This document shows, one piece after another, positions 47,188 through 58,779 of a stretch of DNA of 64,000 nt; the stretch's first letter is position 1, and the number at the start of each line of letters is the position of its first letter. The DNA comes from an uncultured delta proteobacterium (GTDB lineage Bacteria; Desulfobacterota; Binatia; Binatales; Binataceae), in the NCBI GenBank assembly GCA_963711565.1, contig CAVQEQ010000001.1:192001-256000 (forward strand). Reading direction: 5' to 3'. The position numbers and the translations under genes were made by a program. A model generated the notes under the pieces. The model was not told the origin of the DNA, searched no databases, and worked only from the letters and a program-made list of their open reading frames with translations.

Positions 47188-49125
47188 ATGAGTTCCGACG
47201 TAACCGTAAAATTGGGCGGCGAGTCTCGCGTCGTGCCGGTTGGCACTATCATTCGCGACCTGCTGAAAGACATCCCGAGCAAGGACCTCGTCGCGGCGCG
47301 TGTCGACGGCAAGGTCGTCGATCTCACGCGCAAGCTCGATCACGATGCCAAGGTCGAGCCAGTGCTGGCCGAGTCGCCCGAGGGTCTCGAGGTGATTCGT
47401 CACTCGACCGCGCATCTGATGGCGATGGCGGTACAATCGCTCTATCCCGGCACTCAGGTCACGATCGGACCGGTAATCGAGGACGGTTTTTTCTACGACT
47501 TCGCGCCGCCGACGCCGTTTACGGTCGAGGATCTGCCGAAAATCGAAGCGAAGATGCGCGAGTTGGCGAAAGCCGACCACAAGATCACGCGCACCGAAGT
47601 CCCACGCGCAGAGGCCGTCGCGAAATTCTCTGCGATTGGCGAGAAGTACAAGGTCGAGATAATCAACGAGGCCGAGGACCCGATTTCCATTTACAGCCAG
47701 GGCGACTGGATGGATCTTTGCCGCGGACCGCACGTGCCCTCGACGCGGTACTTGAAGGCATTCAAGCTGACCAGCGTCGCGGGTGCGTACTGGCGCGGCG
47801 ACGAGCACAACGCGATGCTCTCGAGAATCTACGGCACCGCGTTCGCCAGCAAGGAAGCGCTCGAGGAGCATCTGAAGCTGGTTGAGCTCGCAAAACAGCG
47901 CGACCATCGCAAGCTCGGGCGCGAGATGGGCCTCTACATTTTCGATCCGATTTCGCCGGGCTCGCCGTTTTACCTGCCGAAGGGCGTCATCATTTTCAAT
48001 GCGCTTGTCGATTACATGCGGCGGCTGTACCGGCGCTACGGCTACGACGAAGTGGTCACGCCGCTGATTTTCAAGAATGAGTTGTTCAATACGTCGGGTC
48101 ATTGGGAAAATTTCCGCGAGAACATGTTTGTCTCACCGGATCCCGACAGCGACACGCATACGATAGATACCGGCCCCGACGGATGGCATCACGGATACAG
48201 CCTCAAGCCGATGAATTGCCCGGGGCATGACATCGTGTACCGATCGGAAAAGCGATCGTATCGCGACTTGCCGCTGCGGTTCGCGGAGTTCAGCCGGCTG
48301 CATCGCGCGGAACGGTCGGGCACGCTGCACGGCCTGATGCGGGTGCGAGCGATGTCGCAGGACGACGCGCACATCTTCTGTCGCGAAGATCAGATCGTAG
48401 ATGAAGTGAAAATGAATCTCGGGATGGTGCGCGACGTTTACGGTGCGCTGGGCTTCGAGCACGTCGAGTTCAAGCTCGCGACCATGCCCGATCAGCATCT
48501 AGGCACCGAAGAGCAGTGGCAAATGTCCGAGGGCAAGCTTGCCAACGCGATGAAGTGGAGCGAAATCCCGTTCGAGATCAATCCGAAGGAAGGCGCGTTC
48601 TACGGCCCCAAAATCGAAATCTACGTGTCGGACGCGCTCAAGCGGAAGTGGCAGGTCGCGACGATTCAGCTCGATTACAACATGCCCGAGCGCTTCGACC
48701 TGACATATACGAACAGCGCGGGCGCCGAGGAACGCCCCGTGATGATTCATCGTGCGGTCCTCGGTTCGCTCAAGCGTTTCATCGGCGTACTGATCGAGCA
48801 TACCGGCGGCGTGCTGCCGCTGTGGCTTGCACCGGAGCAGGTGCGAGTGCTCTCGCTCAGTGAGAAGGTCGAGGACTACGCCAGGGAGATCGCCCAACTG
48901 CTCAAGCGCGAAGGCTTCCGCGCCCACGCCGATATCCGCAATGAGAAGCTCGGATTCAAAGTTCGTGAAGCCGAATTGGCCAAAGTGCCGTATATGGTTG
49001 TAGTCGGCGAGCGCGAGGCGGCTGATCGATCGGTGTCGCTGCGCCTGCTGCGCGGCGAGAAGAGCAACGCGATGCCGCTGGCGGCGCTCGTCGAAAAATT
49101 AAAACAGGAGCCGGTGCCGGCTTAG
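47188..49125 (+). CDS. thrS: Threonine--tRNA ligase
   Basis: RHSTAH, DLCRGPH, RDHRKLG, KPMNCPGH, GAFYGPK. Confidence 0.97.
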   Translation: MSSDVTVKLGGESRVVPVGTIIRDLLKDIPSKDLVAARVDGKVVDLTRKLDHDAKVEPVLAESPEGLEVIRHSTAHLMAMAVQSLYPGTQVTIGPVIEDGFFYDFAPPTPFTVEDLPKIEAKMRELAKADHKITRTEVPRAEAVAKFSAIGEKYKVEIINEAEDPISIYSQGDWMDLCRGPHVPSTRYLKAFKLTSVAGAYWRGDEHNAMLSRIYGTAFASKEALEEHLKLVELAKQRDHRKLGREMGLYIFDPISPGSPFYLPKGVIIFNALVDYMRRLYRRYGYDEVVTPLIFKNELFNTSGHWENFRENMFVSPDPDSDTHTIDTGPDGWHHGYSLKPMNCPGHDIVYRSEKRSYRDLPLRFAEFSRLHRAERSGTLHGLMRVRAMSQDDAHIFCREDQIVDEVKMNLGMVRDVYGALGFEHVEFKLATMPDQHLGTEEQWQMSEGKLANAMKWSEIPFEINPKEGAFYGPKIEIYVSDALKRKWQVATIQLDYNMPERFDLTYTNSAGAEERPVMIHRAVLGSLKRFIGVLIEHTGGVLPLWLAPEQVRVLSLSEKVEDYAREIAQLLKREGFRAHADIRNEKLGFKVREAELAKVPYMVVVGEREAADRSVSLRLLRGEKSNAMPLAALVEKLKQEPVPA

Positions 49126-49162
49126 GAAATTCATCCGGCCATCAAGCCGGAGGAGGTGCTTT

Positions 49163-49696
49163 ATCCGAAGAGATTTCAGAACCCCACCCTCGAGGGAGCC
49201 CGCGATTCGCGTCAATAACCTGATTCGCGCGCAAGAAGTCCGTGTAATCGATGCCGACGGCAGCCAGGTCGGAATCCTGCCGCTGCGCGATGCGATCAAA
49301 GTCGCGGAGGCGCGCGGCCTGGACCTGGTCGAAGTCTCGTCAACCGCGACGCCGCCCGTGTGCCGCGTCACGGACTTCGACAAATACCGCTATTCGCAGA
49401 AGAAGAAATCGCACGACTCCAAGAAGCACACCATCAGCATGATCAAGGAAGTGAAGATGGGATCGGCGACCGGGCAGCACGACGTGGACTTCAAAACCGC
49501 GCACATCAAGCGCTTTGTTGGAGAGGGGCACCGTGTTAAGCTCACCGTTTCGTTCCGGGGCCGCGCGATTACTCATCCGGAACTCGGACGGGCATTGATC
49601 GAGAGAATTATCGCGACGGTCACGGATATCGCGCAAGCGGAAGGCACGCCCCGGATGGAAGGACGCAACATGTCCGTGCTGCTGACGCCGCGTTAA
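49163..49696 (+). CDS. infC: Translation initiation factor IF-3 (ATC start)
   Basis: GGAGGT SD then ATC in frame with RVN..IRA.EVRVID, GLDLVEV, FRGR. Confidence 0.92.
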   Translation: MRRDFRTPPSREPAIRVNNLIRAQEVRVIDADGSQVGILPLRDAIKVAEARGLDLVEVSSTATPPVCRVTDFDKYRYSQKKKSHDSKKHTISMIKEVKMGSATGQHDVDFKTAHIKRFVGEGHRVKLTVSFRGRAITHPELGRALIERIIATVTDIAQAEGTPRMEGRNMSVLLTPR

Positions 49697-49719
49697 AGAC
49701 ATAAATTTCAGGAAAGAAG

Positions 49720-49917
49720 ATGCCGAAAATCAGGACCAGCCGAACCGCCGCCAAGCGATTTACCGTGACCAAGAGCGGCAAGGTCAAATTCAAACACGCG
49801 TATGCGCGCCACATGTTCACGGCCAAGAATCCGAAACAGAAGGCACGGCTCCGCCGGACCGGTATCCTGGGCAAGGCGGACGCCGAGAAGATCAAGATAA
49901 TGATGCCGTACGCCTGA
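49720..49917 (+). CDS. rpmI: 50S ribosomal protein L35
   Basis: MPKI.T...AAKRF; operon position. Confidence 0.95.
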   Translation: MPKIRTSRTAAKRFTVTKSGKVKFKHAYARHMFTAKNPKQKARLRRTGILGKADAEKIKIMMPYA

Positions 49918-49974
49918 GCGCGGCCAAGAAGAAACCAGCTTACCCGATATCAATCAAGGAAGGACTGCACTCCG

Positions 49975-50340
49975 ATGCCTCGCGCAAAAGGCGGACCCAA
50001 GACGCGCCGCCGTCATAAGCGTCAACTCAAGCTCGCCTCCGGCTTTGTCGGTGGGCGCAAACTTTACCGGCAGGCTCGCTCGACGCTCGAAAAGGGCCTG
50101 ACCTATGCCTATAGAGATCGCAAGGCCAAGAAGCGCGACTACCGCACGCTGTGGATCGCGCGTATCAACGCACTCGCGCGCGAAAGCGGAATTTCGTACA
50201 GCGCGTTGATGAACGGGCTGAAGAAGGCGGGGGTCGAGGTCGATCGCAAGATGCTGGCGAAGCTCGCGCAGGAGCGCGACGCATTGTTTACCGAGCTGGT
50301 GCGCACAGCAATTCAAGCGCTCGGCTCAAAAGCAGCATAG
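49975..50340 (+). CDS. rplT: 50S ribosomal protein L20
   Basis: YAYRDRK..KR..R.LWIARINA. Confidence 0.97.
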   Translation: MPRAKGGPKTRRRHKRQLKLASGFVGGRKLYRQARSTLEKGLTYAYRDRKAKKRDYRTLWIARINALARESGISYSALMNGLKKAGVEVDRKMLAKLAQERDALFTELVRTAIQALGSKAA

Positions 50341-50372
50341 AGCCGCGCGTCTCGAAAGCGCCGCGCACCAGA

Positions 50373-50418
50373 AGACCATGTGGGTGATCGCCCACGTGGT
50401 TTTTTGTTTTTGGTTTTT
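50373..50418 (+). terminator. Intrinsic terminator after rplT
   Basis: AGACCATGTGGG-TGATCG-CCCACGTGGTTT followed by long T runs. Confidence 0.75.
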
Positions 50419-50454
50419 CAGTGCGCGTGCAACATTGCGGAAAGTAAAGTGGTG

Positions 50455-50949
50455 ATGAAGCGAGCCCCTTATCAGATCTTGGTATTGCCATTCAGAAAAC
50501 TGAAAGGCAGGGACCCGTTGTACGCTATTTTCCGCCGAGCCGATTGCGGCGTGTGGCAAGGAATCGCCGGCGGCGGCGAATTCGGTGAGTCGCCTTTGGA
50601 ATCGGCCCGCCGGGAAGCGTTCGAGGAAGGCGGGATACCACTGCACAATACTTACTTCGCGCTCGATTCGCTGTCAACGATTCCAGTGGTGAACATTTGC
50701 GGCTTCAAATGGGGACCCAACGTACTGGTCGTCCCAGAGCACAGCTTCGGCGTAGAAATGTATTCTCCGGAATTCACTCTTTCGAATGAGCACAGCGAGT
50801 ATCGATGGGTGCCGTATGCCGCTGCCTATCGTTTACTGGAATGGGATAGCAACAAGAACGCGCTTTGGGAACTCGACACCAGAATCAGGAAACGGAAACT
50901 GAGAAGCCTACGACGTTCCAGGAGGGAAGGGCCAGAGGGCTCGCCCACG
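50455..50949 (+). CDS. Nudix hydrolase domain (NudB/Ap4A-hydrolase-like), in frame with pheS with no stop
   Basis: Complete Nudix box GGGEFGESPLESARREAFEEGGI and SNEHSEYRW. Confidence 0.85.
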
Positions 50950-51992
<1,043 letters not shown>

Positions 51993-51996
<4 letters not shown>

Positions 51997-54413
51997 AGCT
52001 GCCGCTCAGTTGGATGCGCGACTTCGTCAGCGTCGATGCGCCGGTCGAGGAAATTTCGCGGCGGCTAAGTTACGCGGGGCTGGTGGTCGAGCATGTCGAG
52101 CAACTCAAACCGGGATTCGCGGGCGTGTTTGCGGCGCGCGTGATCAACGTCGAGAAGCATCCCAATGCGGATCGGCTGAATCTTTGCGACGTTGACGCTG
52201 GCGAGAAAGGCAAATTCAAAGTCGTGTGCGGCGCGCCGAACGTCAAGGCAGGCATGGTCGCGCCGCTCGCGCTCGTTGGCGCGCAGCTTGGCAAGGAACC
52301 GCCGCTTGAGGCAGCAGTCATTCGCGGCGTGAAGTCGGAGGGCATGCTTTGCTCGGAGCGCGAGCTCGGGCTGTCGCAGGATCACGCGGGAATTCTCGCG
52401 CTCGGCGCCAACGCGCCGCTCGGCGGCGACGTGGCCGCGTATTTGCACCTCGACGAAACCGTGCTCAACGTTGAAATCACGCCGAATCGCGGCGACTGCC
52501 TGTCGATTCTCGGACTCTCCCGTGAAGTGGCTGCATTGTTCGCGGGCAGGTTGCGCGCGCCCCGGCTGCGCGCGGCGCATTCGCCCGGCTCGTCCGACAG
52601 TGCGCAAGTTTCGATTTCGGTTTCAATCGACGCGCCCGACTTGTGCCCGCGCTACGCCGCACTCGCGATGACCGGGATCAAGATCGGTCCGTCTCCCGCA
52701 TGGCTCAAGCGGCGCCTGGAACTGTGCGGGATGCGCGCGCTGAACAACGTCGTCGATGCGACCAACTACGTGATGCTCGAACTCGGGCAGCCGTTGCACG
52801 CGTTCGACTTCGGCAAGATCGCGAATGGCAAGATCGTCGTGCGACGCGCGGGCGAGACGCGCGAGTTCGTCACGCTCGACAACGTCACGCGCACGCTGGA
52901 TCCGAACGACCTGCTGATCGCTGACGGCGACAAGCCGCTCGCGATTGCGGGCGTGATGGGCGGCCTCAATTCCGAAGTCAGCGATTCGACACAAACTATC
53001 TTGCTCGAGAGCGCGTACTTCGAGCCGATGACCGTCGCGCGCACCGCGCGTCGGCTGGGATTGCGCAGCGAGGCGAGTTACCGCTTCGAACGCGGCATCG
53101 ATCGGGCAGGACAGGTCGGCGCATTGATTCGCGCCGCCGAATTGATCCGCAAAATCGCGCGCGGACGCGAGGCATCGCCGATCGCGGACTTCGAGCCGCG
53201 CAAAGCCGAGCCGCGCGAGATTGCTCTCGACCTCGGCGCGATGGAGTCGCTGCTCGGCGCCTCGATCCCGCCCACTGTCGCACGGAGCCGGCTCAAATCT
53301 CTCGGCGCGCAGGTGAGCACACGCGCCAAAGGGATTCTCGCCGTGGTGCCGCCGTCGTTCCGCTCCGACCTGGTCGAGCAAGCCGACCTTATCGAGGAAG
53401 TCGCGCGCCTGGGCGGTCTCGAGGACATCCCTGCCCGGTTACCGGAGCGCCTGAGTGCGCTGGCTCCCGTCAATCGCGAGCGCGAGTTCATCAAGGGTAC
53501 GCGCGAGGTGATGCTTGGGTGCGGCCTGACCGAGGCCGCGACCATCGCGTTCATCGCGCCCGCCGACAATGCGCGGTTTCCGGGTATTCAAGCGGCGCCC
53601 CGCCCCGTTAAAGTGACCAATCCGTTGTCCGCGGAACTCAGCGAGCTGCGCGTCAGCCTGATGCCGGGACTGGTCACCTCGCTCCGCTTCAACTTGAATC
53701 GCGAGGCGCGCGCCTTTCATGCGTTTGAAATCGGCAAGATCTTCCGCATGAACGGCGACATCGCGACTGAGCATCAGCACATCGCCGCCGTCAGCTATGG
53801 ACCGTACGCGCTCTCCGCAATCGGCGAGCAAAGCGTCGCGGCGGGATTTTTTTCGATCAAGGGAATTCTCGAGACCTACTTCGACGCTATCGGAATTTCG
53901 CCGCGCGTGACCTACAAGGCGATCGAACCTGCCGATGCGCCGTTCCTGCATCCGGGGCGCAGCGCTATCGTCTCGCTCGACGAAGCGCCCATCGGTTTGA
54001 TCGGCGAGTTGCATCCGGCGGAGGCGATGCGTCTCGATCTGAACGAACCGTGCGCGGTGTACGAACTTGACTTGAGTGGTCTCATTGCCTATGGTTTCTC
54101 GCCGCGCAAAACTTTCCAGCCGCCGCCAAAATTTCCCGCTATCAGGCGTGATTTGGCCTTGGTGCTGGATCGGAATTTCCCGGCGGATATGGTAGTCAAG
54201 ACCATCCGGGAATGCGGCGCGTCGCTGTTGGAGAGCGTCGAGGTGTTCGACGTGTACGAGGGGACCGCAGTGGCCGCCGGCAAGAAGAGCGTGGCGTTGG
54301 CTTGTCGTTACCGTGCAAAGGATCGCACGCTGACTGATGAGGAGGTTAACCGCATTCATGCCGTGCTGGTGGAGCAGGCGCGGATGCGATTAGGGGCGGA
54401 GTTGCGGCAGTAA
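51993..54413 (+). CDS. pheT: Phenylalanine--tRNA ligase beta subunit
   Basis: HPNADRL, CGAPNV, TPNRGDCLS, FERG, FDX-ACB C-terminus. Confidence 0.97.
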
Positions 54414-54457
54414 AGCGTGCCTAACGCGAGCGGGTGGGGATCGTTACGCCGCAGGGC

Positions 54458-54751
54458 ATGACTAAAGCCGATCTTGTAGATCTGATCTACGAGCGGGTAG
54501 GCTCCTCGAAGAAGGAAGCCTGTGAAGTGGTCGAAGCGGTGTTCGCGATCATCAGGGATTCATTGCGCCAGGGTCAGAAAGTGAAAATTTCTGGCTTCGG
54601 CACTTTTCTCGTCAATCAGAAACATGCGCGCCGCGGGCGCAATCCGCAGACCGGCGAGCCGATCACGATCGATTCGCGCCGCGTGTTGTCCTTCAAGCCG
54701 AGCCAGGTGTTGAAGGAGCGCGTCAACAACGGCTCGAAGCCGGGGGTATGA
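54458..54751 (+). CDS. ihfA: Integration host factor alpha
   Basis: MTKADL, SGFGTF, GRNPQTG; follows pheT. Confidence 0.9.
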   Translation: MTKADLVDLIYERVGSSKKEACEVVEAVFAIIRDSLRQGQKVKISGFGTFLVNQKHARRGRNPQTGEPITIDSRRVLSFKPSQVLKERVNNGSKPGV

Positions 54752-55236
54752 CGCCGATGCCGCGCCCGCGCCCGCCATTAGTTCGGCGGCAAAAACCTGC
54801 CCCACAAAAGCCCGCCATGCAGAAACCAGGGACGATGCCCATGTTTCCCGAGCGCGGGCTGAAAATCGGCGAAGCGGCGCGAGCGCTCGGCGTCGAGACC
54901 TACGTGCTGCGCTTCTGGGAAACCCAGTTTCCCTTCCTGAAACCCAAGCATACGCGCACCAAGCATCGCTTCTACCAGGAAAAAGACCTCGACGTGCTGC
55001 GGCTCATCAAGCGCCTGCTACACGACGAGGGCTTCACGATCGTCGGCGCCAACAAGCACATCAAGGAATTCGGCGTCAACGCATTAATGAGCGGCAAGCC
55101 GTTGCCGAAGAATGCGGCGGCGTCATCGGAGCGGGCGTCGTCGTCGCAATCGCCGGGCGTAGACGGTCAAACCCGCCGGGTACTGAACGAGGTCCGCCGC
55201 GACCTCGAATCGATCCACAAAATTCTGGAAGATTGA
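54748..55236 (+). CDS. MerR family transcriptional regulator
   Basis: IGEAA..LGV..YVLRFWE.QFP; conserved position after ihfA. Confidence 0.9.
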   Translation: MTPMPRPRPPLVRRQKPAPQKPAMQKPGTMPMFPERGLKIGEAARALGVETYVLRFWETQFPFLKPKHTRTKHRFYQEKDLDVLRLIKRLLHDEGFTIVGANKHIKEFGVNALMSGKPLPKNAAASSERASSSQSPGVDGQTRRVLNEVRRDLESIHKILED

Positions 55237-55242
55237 TTCGCG

Positions 55243-55641
55243 CTATTTCCGAAGTTGGACGGTGCCCTTGGGACCGTCGTATGTGAGCACGCAATTGCGC
55301 AGTTGATTCCTTCCTAGGACCGCTTGCCTGCCGCCCAAATCATCGAGAACGACTTCAGTGAGTTCGCGCAAATTCAGTCCGACAATTTCTACTTCGGCCA
55401 GAAAAATATCGGACGAGAATCCTCCGCCTGCACCAGCAAATTGAGCGGCGGCTACCAGCGGAAGGGGAGCCCATCCCTGAAGCTGGCTGCTCTCGACGAA
55501 GGTCAGTTGCGAAGCCGTATCGATCAGTGCGTCTAACACGATCTCACGACCATCAACTGGCGACCTGACAACGATCTTGATCGTGGCACCGTGTTGGACC
55601 AGCGCCGCTGAAGAACCGGGGCCGGAGCTTACGGTCGCCAA
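55243..55641 (-). CDS. Retropepsin-like (clan AA) aspartyl protease
   Basis: ALIDTAS catalytic motif and VLGRN..L motif. Confidence 0.7.
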   Translation of the reverse strand: MATVSSGPGSSAALVQHGATIKIVVRSPVDGREIVLDALIDTASQLTFVESSQLQGWAPLPLVAAAQFAGAGGGFSSDIFLAEVEIVGLNLRELTEVVLDDLGGRQAVLGRNQLRNCVLTYDGPKGTVQLRK

Positions 55642-55645
55642 AGGG

Positions 55646-55918
55646 TTAGCGATGGCTCAAATGACGAGCGCTGTCGGGGTCTAGGCCGATAGGGCGCCCG
55701 ATTTGCTGGATGAGAAATGGGCCTGTTTTGGATTTGGCTAGCGCGGCTCTCCCCGCGGAATCGAAGTCTGGATATACGCCGACAAACTTACCCTCGAAAA
55801 ACAATGCGAACTCGTCGAGGTGTGTCCGCTCCAACTCCTCGCGGCGTTGTTCAAACGCTGCGATCTCCGGGTCGAGCACATGCGCCCCAACAGGATCATT
55901 CCGCTTGCTGACCTGCAT
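55646..55918 (-). CDS. Small DUF5678-like protein (start uncertain)
   Basis: F...REEL...H..EFALF.EGK.VG...D...A pattern; 4 nt upstream of the protease gene. Confidence 0.55.
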   Translation of the reverse strand: MQVSKRNDPVGAHVLDPEIAAFEQRREELERTHLDEFALFFEGKFVGVYPDFDSAGRAALAKSKTGPFLIQQIGRPIGLDPDSARHLSHR

Positions 55919-55999
55919 ACACTGATAGTTTATTCGATTCCTCAAGAAATCGCTACGACGTTGACCCGTATAGCTGCCAGCGCGGGCGTTTCTGAGGAC

Positions 56000-58504
56000 T
56001 TACTCGGCGATGCGTTCTTGCGAGGCTAACTGCGCGCGCGCGCGTTTGTTCGCGGATGCCGTAGCTTCCGCAGTCGAAGGCTGACGTACCAGTACGCCGA
56101 GCGGGGCGAGATTCAGTTCGGTGGCGCATTCCTCGGTCGCGCGATGTGCGATTCGTCCGGCCTCGACCAGCTCGGATGCAATGCATACTGCGCCGGCTAT
56201 TGTGAGCGCTCCCAGGCCGAGCGCTATTTCGGGAAGTCCCGCGATTGCCGCGGCCGCCGCGCTCAGCACACCCGCTGCCAGAGCTATCGTCGAAATTCGA
56301 GTGAACTTTATTCGCGCCAGCACGTGATTGGTGACTTTGCCTGCCTCGTGCTCTTCATCCGCCGTCTTGAGCTCGATTCGCGTCCACGGATTCGGCCGCA
56401 CTTCAAGGTCGTAATCGTTCCAGCCCGCATCGACGATCGCGCCATGGCCGGTGCGCGCGAACAGCTTCAGCATCTTGTCCATCATGCGGTCGCGCGTGAT
56501 GCTCTCGTTGTTCCAGTAGTCCAGCCGCACGGTGCGCCGGAGCCAGTTGATCGTCGGGCGCTGGCGCACGCCGTCTTCGCCGCCGAGTCCGGTCAGAGCT
56601 TTCGCCCGCGTCTTGTAGCGCGTCATCGTTCGCACCATCGGCCCCGTGTAAGCGAGATACGCGATCAGAAGTCGCGCGGTAAAACTTTCGTGAAATTTGT
56701 CGAGCGGCGCGTGCCACGCATAGTAGAGCGCCCAGATTGGCCCCAGCGCGAGCATCGCGGCCGCGGGGATAATCGAAACGCCAAGCACGAGCGACGCGAC
56801 CAGAACTACTGCCGAGAGCACGGTCCATTCGAGCGTCTGCGGCAGAACTTTGAGCAGCGTCAGGCCGGGATCGAAAATCGACTGCGCACCCGCGGTCGCG
56901 TTCCACAACACGCGTTTGCGATTGCCGCCGGGAATCGTGCGCGCGAGACCGGGAATCGTGCCGCGCCAAGCGATTTGGCCCATCACGTTGAACCGCTCGG
57001 GATATTTCGGAAACAGCATCGCCTCGGCGCGTCCGTAGCCGCGCTGCTGCCCGTAGTAAGCTTTCACCGTGTTGCGGCGGAAGTGCCACACGAAGGCGGC
57101 CGGCGAGAAGCCCAGTTTGTAGCCCGCGGCAAGCATCCGCCAGCAGATATCAACGTCGTCGCCCGCGGCCGTGAACTGCGGATCGAAGCCGCCGATCTTC
57201 GCGAGCGCGGCCTTCGAGAACACCATGTTGCAGCCCGCGAGATGCTCGGCGCGATCCTCGGCGACCAGCACGTGACAGGGCGCGCCCGGCGACGCGGCGC
57301 AGCTTGCTTCGACCCATCCGTCTTCGTGCGGCGCGTAGTTCGGTCCGCCGCATCCATCGAAGTCGTTTTCGACCATCGAGCGAACCATCAGCGTCAGCCA
57401 ATGCGGATCGACGACGCAGTCGGAATCGGTGTAGGCGATAATCTCGCCGCGCGCCGCATGCATCCCGACGTTGCGCGCGACGCTCAGTCCCTTGTTGGGT
57501 TGGCCAATCAGGCGGAACTCGGGGAAGTCCATCGAGATGTCAGCGGTCTTGTCGCGCGAGCCGTCATCGACGATGACGACTTCGAAGTTCGGGTAGTCGA
57601 GGCGCCGCAACGACTCCAGGCAAGGACGCATCGTGCGCTCGGCGTTGTATGCGCATATCACGACCGACACCATCGGCATAGTCGCGGGCCGCGGCGGGCA
57701 GGTGCCGTTGAGCGTCACGAACGGCATCAGGTCCGACGCGCGCATCATGCGCACGCCGAGCCAGTCGTGAGAAACCGGAGCAGGAACGCGAGGAGCAACC
57801 ACGCCGGCCGCACCCGTACCAAACGCCACTGCCACAGCCTCGTCCTGCCCCGGCGATGCATCCTTGAACTCAATCACCACCGGTCGCGCTTCCGCGACGT
57901 TGTGCAAGGCGACGACGAAATCTCGAATCTGAACGGGCGCGAGCGCCGGAATTTCCGCGTAGAGAAAATCTTCTTCGAGAATCGAGAGTGCGCGCGTTTC
58001 CGGCCGCACCTTTATTCCGACGATTGCTTCCGGCGCGTGTTCCTTGATCGTCTTCACGACGCCGCGCACTCGTCGCCGCGCGTTTTCGAGTCCGCCCGCA
58101 CGCAACGCGTCCTGGCCGATCTCAAAATCGACAATGTAACCGACGAGCGCAGGATGCTTTCCAAAAATATTTGCGGTATGCGCGACTCGCGAGACCACGG
58201 CCTTGAATCCACGGCGGCTCATCAGTTCGTCCGCCATGATTCTCAGTTCGATCATCGCGACCAATCCCGACTGCGCCGCGATATCGAGGCATGGCTGCGA
58301 ATTCGCCTCCGTCAGCACCAGGCCGGTCGTGTGCGACGCCCTGAGATCGTCGAGCCGTTTTCGTAGTTTGAGCTTCTGTGCGAAATCGAGCGATCCGCTC
58401 ACGTCTGCGAGCCGCATCGCTTTGAAAAAGAATTTTTGTCCTGCGCGAGAAAGGAACTTACCGTGGGGGGTGACGCGTTGGCTGGAACAGGTACTGGTAA
58501 GCAT
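56000..58504 (-). CDS. GT2 glycosyltransferase with N-terminal degenerate glycoside-hydrolase-like domain and C-terminal TMs
   Basis: SVVICAYN, VDDGS, GLSVARN, TDSD, GDDVD.CWR, QQRGY. Confidence 0.88.
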   Translation of the reverse strand: MLTSTCSSQRVTPHGKFLSRAGQKFFFKAMRLADVSGSLDFAQKLKLRKRLDDLRASHTTGLVLTEANSQPCLDIAAQSGLVAMIELRIMADELMSRRGFKAVVSRVAHTANIFGKHPALVGYIVDFEIGQDALRAGGLENARRRVRGVVKTIKEHAPEAIVGIKVRPETRALSILEEDFLYAEIPALAPVQIRDFVVALHNVAEARPVVIEFKDASPGQDEAVAVAFGTGAAGVVAPRVPAPVSHDWLGVRMMRASDLMPFVTLNGTCPPRPATMPMVSVVICAYNAERTMRPCLESLRRLDYPNFEVVIVDDGSRDKTADISMDFPEFRLIGQPNKGLSVARNVGMHAARGEIIAYTDSDCVVDPHWLTLMVRSMVENDFDGCGGPNYAPHEDGWVEASCAASPGAPCHVLVAEDRAEHLAGCNMVFSKAALAKIGGFDPQFTAAGDDVDICWRMLAAGYKLGFSPAAFVWHFRRNTVKAYYGQQRGYGRAEAMLFPKYPERFNVMGQIAWRGTIPGLARTIPGGNRKRVLWNATAGAQSIFDPGLTLLKVLPQTLEWTVLSAVVLVASLVLGVSIIPAAAMLALGPIWALYYAWHAPLDKFHESFTARLLIAYLAYTGPMVRTMTRYKTRAKALTGLGGEDGVRQRPTINWLRRTVRLDYWNNESITRDRMMDKMLKLFARTGHGAIVDAGWNDYDLEVRPNPWTRIELKTADEEHEAGKVTNHVLARIKFTRISTIALAAGVLSAAAAAIAGLPEIALGLGALTIAGAVCIASELVEAGRIAHRATEECATELNLAPLGVLVRQPSTAEATASANKRARAQLASQERIAE

Positions 58505-58534
58505 GGATTTGGCTGTCCTCGATGAGGACCTAAT

Positions 58535-58550
58535 TGCCAGAGCCGTGCCA
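58535..58550 (-). promoter_or_regulatory. Sigma54 -24/-12 promoter for the GT2 gene
   Basis: TGGCACGGCTCTGGCA with exact GG-N10-GC spacing, 30 bp upstream of the ATG. Confidence 0.6.
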
Positions 58551-58779
58551 TCGGAAAAATCCAGCTATTATAGGGCATATTCGGCCAAGCGCCGCCCAGC
58601 ACAAACCAATTGGTATGCCCTCTGTACGATTTGCGCCGGGGCCGTCCGGCATCGCAATTCGCACGGTGTAAAATCAGGCAGGATGCTGCCCCAATGCACA
58701 CGCTAGATTGGTTATTTTGCGAATGTTATAGCTCAGACCAGATATCAACAGTGAAATCTCCCCGCCGGGTTTTACCGCA

